Below are positions 48,080 through 57,982 of a DNA stretch of 64,000 bases, piece by piece. Every line of letters starts with the position of its first letter. Within the stretch, counting starts at the first letter, position 1. The position numbers and the translations under genes are program-made. The stretch lies in assembly GCA_028870995.1 (NCBI GenBank), contig JAGWOI010000011.1, positions 5,373 through 69,372 of the forward strand. Reading direction: 5' to 3'. The DNA comes from Candidatus Omnitrophota bacterium (GTDB taxonomy: Bacteria; Omnitrophota; Gorgyraeia; Zapsychrales; Fredricksoniimonadaceae). A model generated the notes under the pieces. It saw only the letters and a program-made list of their open reading frames with translations, did no database searches and had not been told where the DNA came from.

Positions 48080-50869
48080 TTATCCAACAATCTCGGTACA
48101 GCGCCCGCACAATAACGGGTGGCTGGCGGAGCCCCCCACATCCGTACGCCATTTCCAGCAACGGGCGCATTTGACGCCGTCCGCCTGCTGGATGGTGATG
48201 GCCTGCGGGCCCTCCCTGAATTCCATCTGTGATACGATACAAATCGATGCTAAATCGTTAAAAGAACCAAAGTACCGGAGACTGGCTTGGTCCGGCAATT
48301 GAACGATGACCTTGGCCTGGGAACTGCTGCCGATCTTGCCGGCCTTGCGTTCCTCATCCAGGGCTTTCATGACAAGGGCGCGTACATTAAAGACCCGCCC
48401 GTACTTTTCCGCAAGGGCCCCCGAGATCCATTGGGGATCGATGACCGGCCAGTTTAACACATGGACGCTCGCGGCCTTGGCCGCAGCCGGCTTGGGGCTG
48501 TATTCATAAACTTCCTCGGCGGTGAACGAAAGCACCGGCGCCAACATCCGGGTTAATGCATCGAGCATATAATAAAGAACTGTCTGGGCGCTTAATCTTT
48601 CCCTTGAAAAAGCGCGGTAAGTATACAGTCGGTCCTTGAGGATGTCAAGATAAATGCTCGATAGCTCTTCATTGCAAAAACTGTAAATGGTCTTAAACAC
48701 CTGGACAAAATCATACTTCTCGAAACCCGCATCCAGCGTCTGGATAATGACGGCCAAACGGTTCAGGGCCCACTGGTCAAGCTCCAGCAATTGCCCGTAG
48801 GCAAGAAGATTTTTATCGGGATCGAAGCCGTGCAGGTTGCTCAAAAGATAGCGCAGGGTGTTGCGGATCTTGCGGTAGGCATCCACCAGGCGGTCAACGA
48901 TCTCCTTGGAGATGCGCACGTCCTCGTTACAGGACGAGGACGCCACCCACAGGCGCAGGATCTCGGCGCCGTGGGCATCCATGATCTCCTGCGGCTTGAT
49001 GACATTGCCCAGGGACTTGGACATCTTGCGCCCCTCCCCGTCCACCACAAAACCGTGGGTCAACACCTGCCGGTAAGGCGCTTTATTATCAATGGCCACC
49101 GATGGGATAAGCGAAGACTGGAACCAGCCGCGGTGCTGGTCCGAACCTTCCAGATAAAGGTCGGCCGGCAGCGGGGCCTTGATCATTTCATGGAATACCG
49201 CCCGGTGGCTGACCCCGGAATCGAACCAGACATCAAGGATATCGCTGGTCTTTTGAAAATCATGCCCCCCGCAATCCGGGCATTTGAAGCCGGGCGGCAC
49301 CAGGTCTTTGGCTTCTTTCTGGAACCAGACATCACTTCCCTGCTTCCTGGCAAGGTCCGCCACATGCTCGATGACCTCGACAAAAAGTTTTTGTTTGCCG
49401 CCGCAGCCCGAACAAGTCAGGGCCGGGATCGGCACACCCCAGAGGCGCTGACGGGAAAGGCACCAATCCGGCCGGGTGGCCACCATGCTTAAAATACGCT
49501 CCCGGCCTGCCGCCGGTATCCATTCCACCTGGGACTCAATGGCCTTCTTTAACTCTTCGCGCAGGTTGCCATGACCGATGTTCAAAAACCACTGTTCCGT
49601 GGCGCGAAAAATGACCGGGTTCTTGCAGCGCCAGCAATGCGGATAAGAGTGCTGCAAGGGCTCGCTCGTAAACAATAGGCCCCTCTTTTTTAAATCCTCG
49701 ATAATGGGTTCATTGGCCTTAAAGACATGCTGCCCCGTAAACGGCGCTCCCTCGTCAGTAAAAACACCTTTGGAATTAACCGGCATCAAGACCGGCAGGT
49801 TATTACGCAAACCGGTTTGGAAGTCCTCCTGGCCGTGGCCCGGCGCGGTGTGGACTAAACCGGTACCGTCTTCCTTCGTAACATAATCTGCGAGAACCAC
49901 TGGGCAATGTTGTTTTCTGCCAAAAGGATGAACATACGTCAACTTTGCCAATTCAGAACCTTTAATACGCTTAAGTGAAGAATAATTCTCAAAACGATAA
50001 GCACCGGCCACTCTGTCTTTCAATAATTTATCTGCCCGACTTTCTTCAAGAATTAAAACATCTTTGCCTTGCTCCGCCACAACATAATAAAAATCTGCAT
50101 TAGCAGCCACAGCCACGTTGGCCAACAAAGTCCAGGGCGTTGTGGTCCAGATCAATAAAGAAGCTTTTTTATCTGATGGCAACCCTAAAATCTGAGAATT
50201 TTCTATTGGAAATTTTACATACACCGTCGGCGATGTATGGTCTTCATACTCCACTTCAGCCTCGGCCAAAGCGGTCTCGCAGCTAAAGCACCAGTTCACT
50301 GGTTTCAGACTGCGGTACACGTAACCTTTCTTCGTTAACTCGGCTAAAGATTTCAAAATCCAATATTCATAATGAGGGCTTAAGGTCAAATACGGGTCAT
50401 CCCACTGGCCAAAGATCCCTAAGCGCTTGAACTCATCGCGCTGGATGCCGACGAATTTCATGGCATAATCATGGGCTTTTTTGCGAAAGACCAGGGTATC
50501 AAAATCCGACTTGGAGGCTTTCAAATCTTTCAAAAGCTGGTGCTCGATGGGCAGGCCGTGGCAATCCCAGCCCGGCACATACAAGGCATCAAAGCCCTTC
50601 ATCGTCTTGTACTTGACGATCATGTCCTTGAGGATCTTGTTGAGGGCATGGCCGATATGGATATGGCCGTTGGCATACGGCGGCCCGTCGTGCAAAATAA
50701 AAGGTTTTTGGCCTTTGGCCTTTTGGCGAATCTGTTGATAGACCCCGTCCTTCTGCCAGCGCTCCAGCATCTGCGGCTCTTTTTGCACCAGCCCTGCCTT
50801 CATCGGGAAAGCCGTCTGCGGCAGGTTCAGACTTCTTTGGTAATCGATCTTATTTGATGTATTTTCCAA
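48080..50869 (-). CDS. ileS: Isoleucine--tRNA ligase (type 1)
   Basis: DGPPYANG, HIGH, KMSKS, C-terminal CARC...CGRC. Confidence 0.98.
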   Translation of the reverse strand: MENTSNKIDYQRSLNLPQTAFPMKAGLVQKEPQMLERWQKDGVYQQIRQKAKGQKPFILHDGPPYANGHIHIGHALNKILKDMIVKYKTMKGFDALYVPGWDCHGLPIEHQLLKDLKASKSDFDTLVFRKKAHDYAMKFVGIQRDEFKRLGIFGQWDDPYLTLSPHYEYWILKSLAELTKKGYVYRSLKPVNWCFSCETALAEAEVEYEDHTSPTVYVKFPIENSQILGLPSDKKASLLIWTTTPWTLLANVAVAANADFYYVVAEQGKDVLILEESRADKLLKDRVAGAYRFENYSSLKRIKGSELAKLTYVHPFGRKQHCPVVLADYVTKEDGTGLVHTAPGHGQEDFQTGLRNNLPVLMPVNSKGVFTDEGAPFTGQHVFKANEPIIEDLKKRGLLFTSEPLQHSYPHCWRCKNPVIFRATEQWFLNIGHGNLREELKKAIESQVEWIPAAGRERILSMVATRPDWCLSRQRLWGVPIPALTCSGCGGKQKLFVEVIEHVADLARKQGSDVWFQKEAKDLVPPGFKCPDCGGHDFQKTSDILDVWFDSGVSHRAVFHEMIKAPLPADLYLEGSDQHRGWFQSSLIPSVAIDNKAPYRQVLTHGFVVDGEGRKMSKSLGNVIKPQEIMDAHGAEILRLWVASSSCNEDVRISKEIVDRLVDAYRKIRNTLRYLLSNLHGFDPDKNLLAYGQLLELDQWALNRLAVIIQTLDAGFEKYDFVQVFKTIYSFCNEELSSIYLDILKDRLYTYRAFSRERLSAQTVLYYMLDALTRMLAPVLSFTAEEVYEYSPKPAAAKAASVHVLNWPVIDPQWISGALAEKYGRVFNVRALVMKALDEERKAGKIGSSSQAKVIVQLPDQASLRYFGSFNDLASICIVSQMEFREGPQAITIQQADGVKCARCWKWRTDVGGSASHPLLCGRCTEIVG

Positions 50870-51710
50870 CTAACAGCTCCAGCTCTTTTTTCTTGGCCGC
50901 CGGGATCACGGCCGGATTGGTCATGATAGCAAATTTCATGGCGCCTTCTGCACTAAAATTCTTTAATTTTCCCACCTCCACAATGGCGATCTTTAAAATG
51001 GCCTTGGCATTGGCCACGTTCTTGTTGAGATAACTGATGACCATGTCCAGGGTAACCGAATCATGCGATGGATGCCAGCAGTCATAATCCGTCACCGCGG
51101 CCAGCGTGGCGTAAGAGATTTCCGCCTCGCGGGCGAGTTTGGCCTCGGTCAAATTGGTCATGCCGATGATGTCCATGCCCCACTGGCGGTAGAGAAGGCT
51201 CTCTGCCTTGGTGGAAAATTGCGGGCCTTCCATGTTCACATAGGTGCCGCCGCGGTGGACCCTTACTTTAAGCTTGCGGGCGGCCTTCTCTAATATATCG
51301 GCAATCTCCTTGGAAATGGGATCGGCGAAAGACACATGGACCACAATGCCGCCGCCAAAAAAAGTGTCGATGCGGCCTTTGCGGGTGCGGTCCAGGAATT
51401 GGTCAGGGATAACGAAATCCATCGGCTTGTATTCCTGCCTGAGACTTCCACAGGCAGACACCGACATGATGGCCTTAACCCCCAGTTTCTTCATGCCGTA
51501 GATATTGGCGCGGTAATTGATCTCCGAGGGACTGATGCGGTGGCCGCGGCCGTGGCGCGGCAAAAAAATGACGGGAGTGCCTTCCAGCTCGCCGGTGATG
51601 AATTTATCGGAAGGGGCGCCAAAGGGTGTCTTGACCGCCACTTCCTTGACCTTCTTGATCCCTTCGATCTGGTATAACCCGCTGCCGCCGATGATGCCCA
51701 CTGTTGCCAT
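50850..51710 (-). CDS. mtnP: S-methyl-5'-thioadenosine phosphorylase
   Basis: GIIGGSG, PRHG, MEGPQFST, TDYDCW. Confidence 0.93.
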   Translation of the reverse strand: MATVGIIGGSGLYQIEGIKKVKEVAVKTPFGAPSDKFITGELEGTPVIFLPRHGRGHRISPSEINYRANIYGMKKLGVKAIMSVSACGSLRQEYKPMDFVIPDQFLDRTRKGRIDTFFGGGIVVHVSFADPISKEIADILEKAARKLKVRVHRGGTYVNMEGPQFSTKAESLLYRQWGMDIIGMTNLTEAKLAREAEISYATLAAVTDYDCWHPSHDSVTLDMVISYLNKNVANAKAILKIAIVEVGKLKNFSAEGAMKFAIMTNPAVIPAAKKKELELLVGKYIK

Positions 51711-51721
51711 ACGTTTGCCCC

Positions 51722-52510
51722 CTATTTGGCCAATTCCCCGGCACGTTTCTTAGCAGCTGCCAATGCAGCTTCGACCAACCGGTCCAATTTCCCTTTAAAG
51801 AATACGTCGATCGCGGCCTGTGTCGTGCCGCCTTTGGATGTCACCTTAACGCGCAAGGTGGCGGCATCAAATTCACTTTTCTCCAATAAATGGGCGCTGC
51901 CGATAAGTGTCCGATAGACCAGCTGTTTGGCTTCGGCTTCTTTGAAGCCCAGTTTCCGTGCCGCCGCCACCCACTGCTCCACCAATAAAAAAACATAGGC
52001 CGGGCCGCTGCCGGAAACCGCGGTCAGGGCATCCATCATGGATTCCTTGACGATCACTGTTTGGCCGATGGTTTGCAGAATCCTTTGCGCCGTTTTTACG
52101 TCCGCGGCAGATGCGTATTTGCCGGCGCAGATGCCGGTGATCCCTTCGCCGATCATGGCCGGCATGTTGGGCATGCATCGGATCACGGAAATCTTGCGGC
52201 CAGGAAAATGTTTCTCAAAAAATTTAGTCGTCAAGCCTGCGGCAATGGAAATGATGGGCTTGCCCCAGGTGCAGGCCTTGATGCTTTCCAGAACGCCGGA
52301 CATATCTTGAGGCTTCACGGCCAAAATTAAAACACCGGCCTCTTTGACCGTGGTATCGGTATCCCCGATACTGAGACGGTATTTCTTTTTTAAATATCCG
52401 GCGCGCTGGGCGCTGGCCTCAACCACCATAAGGCGGTTATCCTTATAAAGCCCCTTGATCAGGGCCTCGCCCATGTTGCCGCCGCCGATAATGCCGATTG
52501 TCTTTTTCAT
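51722..52510 (-). CDS. proC: Pyrroline-5-carboxylate reductase
   Basis: GGGNMG, AVKPQ, RCMPN, SGSGPAY, SKGGTT. Confidence 0.96.
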   Translation of the reverse strand: MKKTIGIIGGGNMGEALIKGLYKDNRLMVVEASAQRAGYLKKKYRLSIGDTDTTVKEAGVLILAVKPQDMSGVLESIKACTWGKPIISIAAGLTTKFFEKHFPGRKISVIRCMPNMPAMIGEGITGICAGKYASAADVKTAQRILQTIGQTVIVKESMMDALTAVSGSGPAYVFLLVEQWVAAARKLGFKEAEAKQLVYRTLIGSAHLLEKSEFDAATLRVKVTSKGGTTQAAIDVFFKGKLDRLVEAALAAAKKRAGELAK

Positions 52511-52511
52511 A

Positions 52512-53207
52512 TCAAACCTCTTTGAAAATCGCGCTGCCCACGCGCACCATGGTGGAGCCTTCCTCGACCGCGATCTTGTAGTCGCCGCTCATGCCCATGG
52601 ACAAAATGCCCATATCAACCGCCGGATGCCCGCTGAAAGCGGCCTTGACCTCTTCCCTGATGAGACGCAGATCGGCAAACGTCTTGCGGACGATGCCCAA
52701 ATCGTCGGTATAAGGCGCCATGCACATGAGCCCCTTGATCCTGACTAAGGAAAATTTGGCGATGCCCTCGATCAGATTCTTGGCTTCAGCCGGATCGGCG
52801 CCGAATTTCTGCTCTTCACGGGCGGTATTGAATTGGACCAGAATATCAACCAGTTTGCCCGTCTTGGCGGCTTGTTTTTCGATCTCCTGGGCCAATTTTA
52901 AACTGTCCACGGACTGGATCAGGGAACAGACCCTGACGGCATCCTTGGCCTTATTGGTCTGCAAATGGCCGATCAGATGGGCCTTAACATGGGGGTTCTT
53001 TGCCAAAAGGGCCGGAAATTTATTCTCCGCCTCCTGCACCCGGTTTTCCGCAATATTTTGAATCCCGGCGTTGATGGCCTCCTGGATGGCATCCGGGCCG
53101 ATGGTTTTGGTAACGCCGACCAGCGTCACCTCCTGCGGGCTGCGGCCCGCCTGACGGCAGGCATTTTCAATCTCAGAAAAAACTTTTCGGACATTATCTT
53201 GAACCAT
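52512..53207 (-). CDS. yggS: PLP homeostasis protein, YggS family (start uncertain, 53207 or 53228)
   Basis: VTK, ENRVQE, HLIGHLQTNK, SMGMSGD, VRVGSAIF. Confidence 0.95.
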   Translation of the reverse strand: MVQDNVRKVFSEIENACRQAGRSPQEVTLVGVTKTIGPDAIQEAINAGIQNIAENRVQEAENKFPALLAKNPHVKAHLIGHLQTNKAKDAVRVCSLIQSVDSLKLAQEIEKQAAKTGKLVDILVQFNTAREEQKFGADPAEAKNLIEGIAKFSLVRIKGLMCMAPYTDDLGIVRKTFADLRLIREEVKAAFSGHPAVDMGILSMGMSGDYKIAVEEGSTMVRVGSAIFKEV

Positions 53208-53324
53208 AGCAAGCAAAGAGGTTAACACAAAACCTTAAGCAGGTCAACGTTCTGTTGGAGGCAAACCTGACATAAAACCATCGTTTTATCTTTATATGGC
53301 ACTGTGTATGTTATTATACAATAA

Positions 53325-54809
53325 ATGAAAAAAAATCTCTTCAGCAGCGCCTGGGATATTCCTCTGGGCCTCATGATTTGTTCTGTTGTTTTCGGCTATA
53401 TTTGTCTTCGCGCCTCCCTTATATCAATATCCCATGATGAAGCGCTGACCTACCTGATACATGTTCATAGCAGTTGGAAGGAAATATTGTTCCATCCACA
53501 ATATCCGGCCTCCAACAACCACCTGCTCAACACCTTATTCATCAAAATTTTGGTCCACTGGTTCGGCCCTTCCGTATTCGTCCTGCGCATCCCTGCCCTG
53601 GCAGGCTGCCTGTTATACATGGCCGCCGGCTTTAAAATCCTGCGCCTGTTTTCGAAAGGCCTGCCTTTTGTCGTAGGCCTTACCCTGCTGATAACCAACC
53701 CCTTGATGATGGACCTCTTTTCCTGCGCCCGCGGTTACTCTTTGGCTCTGGGAGTCTTCATGCTGGCGCTGTATTATTGTTTCAAAAGGTTTTCCAGTAA
53801 TGACCGATTTAATAAAAATAATTACGGCGCTATAGGCGCGTCCACCCTCTCCGCCCTCTCACAAATATCATTTGTTAACACTTATTTTGTCATCGCCTAC
53901 CTGCTCGCTTTTTTACAAATATGCCTCTTTTTAAAAGAGAAGGATTCTGAACCTTCTGGCAGAAATTCTCCCCTGCCCATCCTCATAGCCTTAATTTCAA
54001 GCAGCTTGGTCCTGGGGCTGGTCTACAGCCCCTTTGTCCTGGGCTTAATGGCGCTACCCCCTTATGGGGGCTATGACGGTTTTGTAAAAAATACGATTGC
54101 CAGCCTTGGCTTTGACATCTTCCAGAGAGGCAGCATGAATCCCATTGCCCTATCGGCCCTGGTTATTGGAATACTGTTGTGCATCCTTATGGCGCTTTGG
54201 GGTTTGATCAAGAGCGGTTCTAAAGGAAAATATTCCACCCATCATAAATTTTTGTTTTTAACAGCCTTGCTGCTGATCTACATTTCCGTACTTATTAAAT
54301 CGGAAGCGATCTTTATACAAATCCTTTATCCGGAAGGCAGGACCGCCCTCTATTTTCTCCCGCTGTTTTTCCTGTTTATCTTACTGTTGCCCGACAACTT
54401 CAACCGACTGACCGGCCCTTTGAATAAGACGGCCAACATAGCCTTTTATACCCTCTGTTCAGTCATTATCTTCCACGGCCTTTGCAGCATCAACTTGAAC
54501 AATTTCTATATTTGGGAATATGACGCCTGCACCAAGAAGGTCTTGACCTTCATCGGCCATGAAATGAAAGAGCACCCGAAAAAGAAATACACCATCGGCC
54601 TCAATTGGGTTCTTGAACCAAGCTCCAATTACTACATCATCTTCTGGAAAATGAAGCAACTAAAGCCGGCCAGCCGCAAAGGTCCTGACGGTGTTTACGA
54701 CTTTTATTATCTGCTTGCCTCCGACCTTGACATCCTTAAAAAATATAACCTGCGTGTCGTAAAATCTTATAAACTATCCGGCACTTTCTTGGCTGAACCA
54801 ATCCATTAA
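53325..54809 (+). CDS. Multi-TM GT-C-like glycosyltransferase
   Basis: SHDEA.TY, NNHLLNT, LRIP, ARGYS motifs; many TM helices; AT-richer and opposite strand to neighbours. Confidence 0.7.
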   Translation: MKKNLFSSAWDIPLGLMICSVVFGYICLRASLISISHDEALTYLIHVHSSWKEILFHPQYPASNNHLLNTLFIKILVHWFGPSVFVLRIPALAGCLLYMAAGFKILRLFSKGLPFVVGLTLLITNPLMMDLFSCARGYSLALGVFMLALYYCFKRFSSNDRFNKNNYGAIGASTLSALSQISFVNTYFVIAYLLAFLQICLFLKEKDSEPSGRNSPLPILIALISSSLVLGLVYSPFVLGLMALPPYGGYDGFVKNTIASLGFDIFQRGSMNPIALSALVIGILLCILMALWGLIKSGSKGKYSTHHKFLFLTALLLIYISVLIKSEAIFIQILYPEGRTALYFLPLFFLFILLLPDNFNRLTGPLNKTANIAFYTLCSVIIFHGLCSINLNNFYIWEYDACTKKVLTFIGHEMKEHPKKKYTIGLNWVLEPSSNYYIIFWKMKQLKPASRKGPDGVYDFYYLLASDLDILKKYNLRVVKSYKLSGTFLAEPIH

Positions 54810-54828
54810 TGCCTAATTAAAGCTGAAA

Positions 54829-55194
54829 TTACGGCTGGCCTATCACTTCGATGGCTTTATTGATGAGGTCTTGCAGCTTGAGGGGTTTGATAAGGTAGTC
54901 CTTGATGCGGTGGCGCCTGAACAGGGGTTCCATCTCGGCATAGGCCGTCAATACCACGACAGGGATATGTACATATTCCGGGATCTTGTCCTTTTCCATG
55001 ATAAAGGTGTAGCCGTTCATGTCCGCCATCTGGATGTCCAAAAAGATCAAATCCGGTATCTTGAACTTTAATGAGGCGAAGGCCTCATTGCCATTGCTGG
55101 CGGTGCGCACTTCGAAACCGGTTTCTTCCAGTTTACGCTTGCTGATTTCAACGACAACCGGCTCATCGTCAACGACCAGGATGGATTTGGGCAT
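54829..55194 (-). CDS. Stand-alone response regulator receiver
   Basis: VVDD, LDIQM, VLTA, KP. Confidence 0.92.
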   Translation of the reverse strand: MPKSILVVDDEPVVVEISKRKLEETGFEVRTASNGNEAFASLKFKIPDLIFLDIQMADMNGYTFIMEKDKIPEYVHIPVVVLTAYAEMEPLFRRHRIKDYLIKPLKLQDLINKAIEVIGQP

Positions 55195-55198
55195 GCGG

Positions 55199-57982
55199 TT
55201 ATTTTATCTCAACAGGGTCATCTATAAAAGGAATTTCCAAATTATATATCTCCGCCATGATAAAGTCCAGGGCCTTCAAATACCCCTCCAAAACCATGTC
55301 AATGTCCTTCATTTGGGCCTCGCTGAGGAATTTTTCCATCCCCAGCGTGCGTAAATGATAAAGGGCGCTGTTGACCCGCCGGCCCGGAAACTGTTGATGC
55401 AGGTAATGTACATACAGCGGCATTTGAAAACTCTTGACCTTGTCGCGCAACAGCTCGCGGCTAAAGGGGGCGGAAACCTCCTTAGGCATGGGATCAAGCC
55501 CTCCGGTCTTATAATCAAGGATAAAGATGCCCCCATCCTTCATTTCATCCACCCGGTCGACCCTGTAGGTCAAATGCACCTTGCTGGCCCCCAGATCAAG
55601 CACCTGGTCAAAGCTGCGTTCGACATAGAGCACTTGGGCCACCTGCTCTTCGCAGCGCAGGGCTTCCTGCTCTAAAAATCGTTCCAAACGGGTCTTTAAA
55701 ACCGTTTCCATTAAAAAGGTATCGCTGCGCCGCTTGCGGCCGAAGGTTTGCTCGAATTTGGAGTCGTAAACTTTCTGGTAATACCTCCTGAAGGCCGCAT
55801 CCAGCACGGGTTTCTTGCCCACAAAAATGCCAAAAACCTCCTGCAGCAGCTCATGGATAAAGACGCCGATATGGCGGCTTTCCACATCCTCCAGCAGGTC
55901 ATCCTTAGGTCTTAACCCCAGCACATAGCGGCAGTAAAAATTGTACGGGTTCTGCAGGTAGGTGTTGATGCTGCTGGCGGAAAAACGGAAACTTTTAAGG
56001 AAATCCACCATGGCCGGCGTCTTGGGGACGGCCTTGGGGCTCTTATCGACGGACACGTCAAAGACCCCGCGGATGAGCGGCACCGCGCCCAGTTTTGAGG
56101 CCCTCTGTTCCTGTTCCCAGATAAGTTCTTCCAGAAAACGGCTGCGGGTGCGGTCGTTGTTATGCTGATAGATCAAATGCACATTCCTGGCCGCTGAGAT
56201 CAAACGCATGAATCCATAGCGCTGGATCTCCTCTTCCAATTCCAGCCTGTCCAGATTCAACTTGATCATCACTTCACGCGGAATAAGCGGCTCATAGATA
56301 TTCAGGCTGGGCAAAAGCCCTTCATTGGCGTCCACCACGATCACATTCTTGAAATTCAGGCTCCTGGTCTCGAAAAGCCCCAGGATCTGCAAACCGCGCA
56401 GCGGCGAACCGCTGAAGGCCACCATCTGTGCCTGGCACTTCTCCTCCAGGATCTTAAACAAATCCGCCGGCTGAAAGATTTCAGCGGCAAAAACACAGTT
56501 TCTTAATTCGTCGGCGATGGCCTGCAGGCTCAAAGCGATCTGGGCATTAAAAGGGTATTGGTCCATGGCACTGTAAGCCTGCATAAAATCCACGAAATTT
56601 TGAAGGCTGGCAGCCAGATCCAGCGCAGACCGGATATCTTCAAAGCCGTTTAAAAAAGCACGGTGGACCGACAGGATCGTTTCCTTGATATTGGCGGGAC
56701 CGGCACCGGTTTCCACGGCGGACAAGGATTGGACCGCAGCCTCCAAAAGTTTTTCATCCTCAAGCACCTGCCGGGGGTCCAGGAACAGCTGCCCGGAAAT
56801 ACCGGTCAGCAATTCCCCTTTAAGCGCCGCTTCGACGGCCGTACCCAGGGCCTGCACTGCCTGCGGGTGCCCCAAACTTAAATTTCTGACCAGCGGATGA
56901 CGCCACAGGGCCAGGTAATCATGGACGTAATAAAGACCGTCTTTGCGGCGGCGCTGGGCTTCCAGGACAAGGCCGAGCAGCGCATAAAGAGCGCTGCGGG
57001 TAAGACGATAGCCCATGGAAATATTAAATTCCAATTCCCCCAACTGGCCTGCCACTGCCGTCAACAAAGGCACCAGGAAATCCGCGTCCGGCAGGACAAT
57101 GACGGTGGATTCCTTGTCCGGGATCCCCTCCAGGATCTCCTTGACCAAACCGGCCTGGGCATGGCTGTCAAAAGCCTCATAAACCTTTAAATTAAAAGCC
57201 GTGGGCCTGACCTCGTCGCCCTCGCGGACAGGCATCCCGAAGGTCTTGGCCATGCGGGAAAGCGCCGGCCAGCGGCGCTCGTCGCCCTGCAGGAACAACA
57301 CGGCCTTACCCCGGTCATAAATATTTTTAATGACCGTATTTTCCGTACGGTGCAGATAGAAAAAATTACAGAACAGGACCTCGTCAAAATCTTTCAGATC
57401 GCACTGCCCCGCCCGCCGGCCGGCCTGGACATATTGGAAGGAACGCGGGGCCAGACCCTTTTGTTCAAGCTGCCGGTGATAATGCTCGCGCAAGGCGCTT
57501 AAATGGATCAATAACTTATTGATGTCTTCCGGGACACTGAAGCCGATCTCCGCGTGCGCCTTGATCACCTTCAAGGTGTCCGACGGCACATCTTCCAGGT
57601 CCAGCTGTTCAATAAAACGCAGGATCTCACGGGCCCAGGGCAGGAATTGCGCGAAAGCCTCCCTCCCGCGGCAGATCCAGGGACATACTTCCATGGCCAA
57701 TCGATAGACGGCATAGCAGTGGTCCAGGTCGCGGCCTGGGGACGGCGTCCGACTGCCGTAGGCGACAAAGGCCATCCACTCATCGATGGTAAAAAAACGC
57801 GGGGGGATAAACGCCTTGCGCCATTTGTGCCCCAGCGCCCTTTTGATAAACAGTGATGGACGGCGGCCGCCGAAAACGATCCCCAGACGGGAGAGGTCTT
57901 TGTGCTTATACTGAGCGTCTATATAATCCACCACATGGGGCAGGAAATCTTCTGTAAAGGGAACGGTAATGATCTTGCTCAT
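55199..57982 (-). CDS. addB: AddB-like protein with PD-(D/E)XK nuclease
   Basis: Inactive helicase-like body, GLFETR, C-terminal RVDRVD...ILDYKTG, FQMPLY; coupled to the AddA-like gene. Confidence 0.8.
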   Translation of the reverse strand: MSKIITVPFTEDFLPHVVDYIDAQYKHKDLSRLGIVFGGRRPSLFIKRALGHKWRKAFIPPRFFTIDEWMAFVAYGSRTPSPGRDLDHCYAVYRLAMEVCPWICRGREAFAQFLPWAREILRFIEQLDLEDVPSDTLKVIKAHAEIGFSVPEDINKLLIHLSALREHYHRQLEQKGLAPRSFQYVQAGRRAGQCDLKDFDEVLFCNFFYLHRTENTVIKNIYDRGKAVLFLQGDERRWPALSRMAKTFGMPVREGDEVRPTAFNLKVYEAFDSHAQAGLVKEILEGIPDKESTVIVLPDADFLVPLLTAVAGQLGELEFNISMGYRLTRSALYALLGLVLEAQRRRKDGLYYVHDYLALWRHPLVRNLSLGHPQAVQALGTAVEAALKGELLTGISGQLFLDPRQVLEDEKLLEAAVQSLSAVETGAGPANIKETILSVHRAFLNGFEDIRSALDLAASLQNFVDFMQAYSAMDQYPFNAQIALSLQAIADELRNCVFAAEIFQPADLFKILEEKCQAQMVAFSGSPLRGLQILGLFETRSLNFKNVIVVDANEGLLPSLNIYEPLIPREVMIKLNLDRLELEEEIQRYGFMRLISAARNVHLIYQHNNDRTRSRFLEELIWEQEQRASKLGAVPLIRGVFDVSVDKSPKAVPKTPAMVDFLKSFRFSASSINTYLQNPYNFYCRYVLGLRPKDDLLEDVESRHIGVFIHELLQEVFGIFVGKKPVLDAAFRRYYQKVYDSKFEQTFGRKRRSDTFLMETVLKTRLERFLEQEALRCEEQVAQVLYVERSFDQVLDLGASKVHLTYRVDRVDEMKDGGIFILDYKTGGLDPMPKEVSAPFSRELLRDKVKSFQMPLYVHYLHQQFPGRRVNSALYHLRTLGMEKFLSEAQMKDIDMVLEGYLKALDFIMAEIYNLEIPFIDDPVEIK

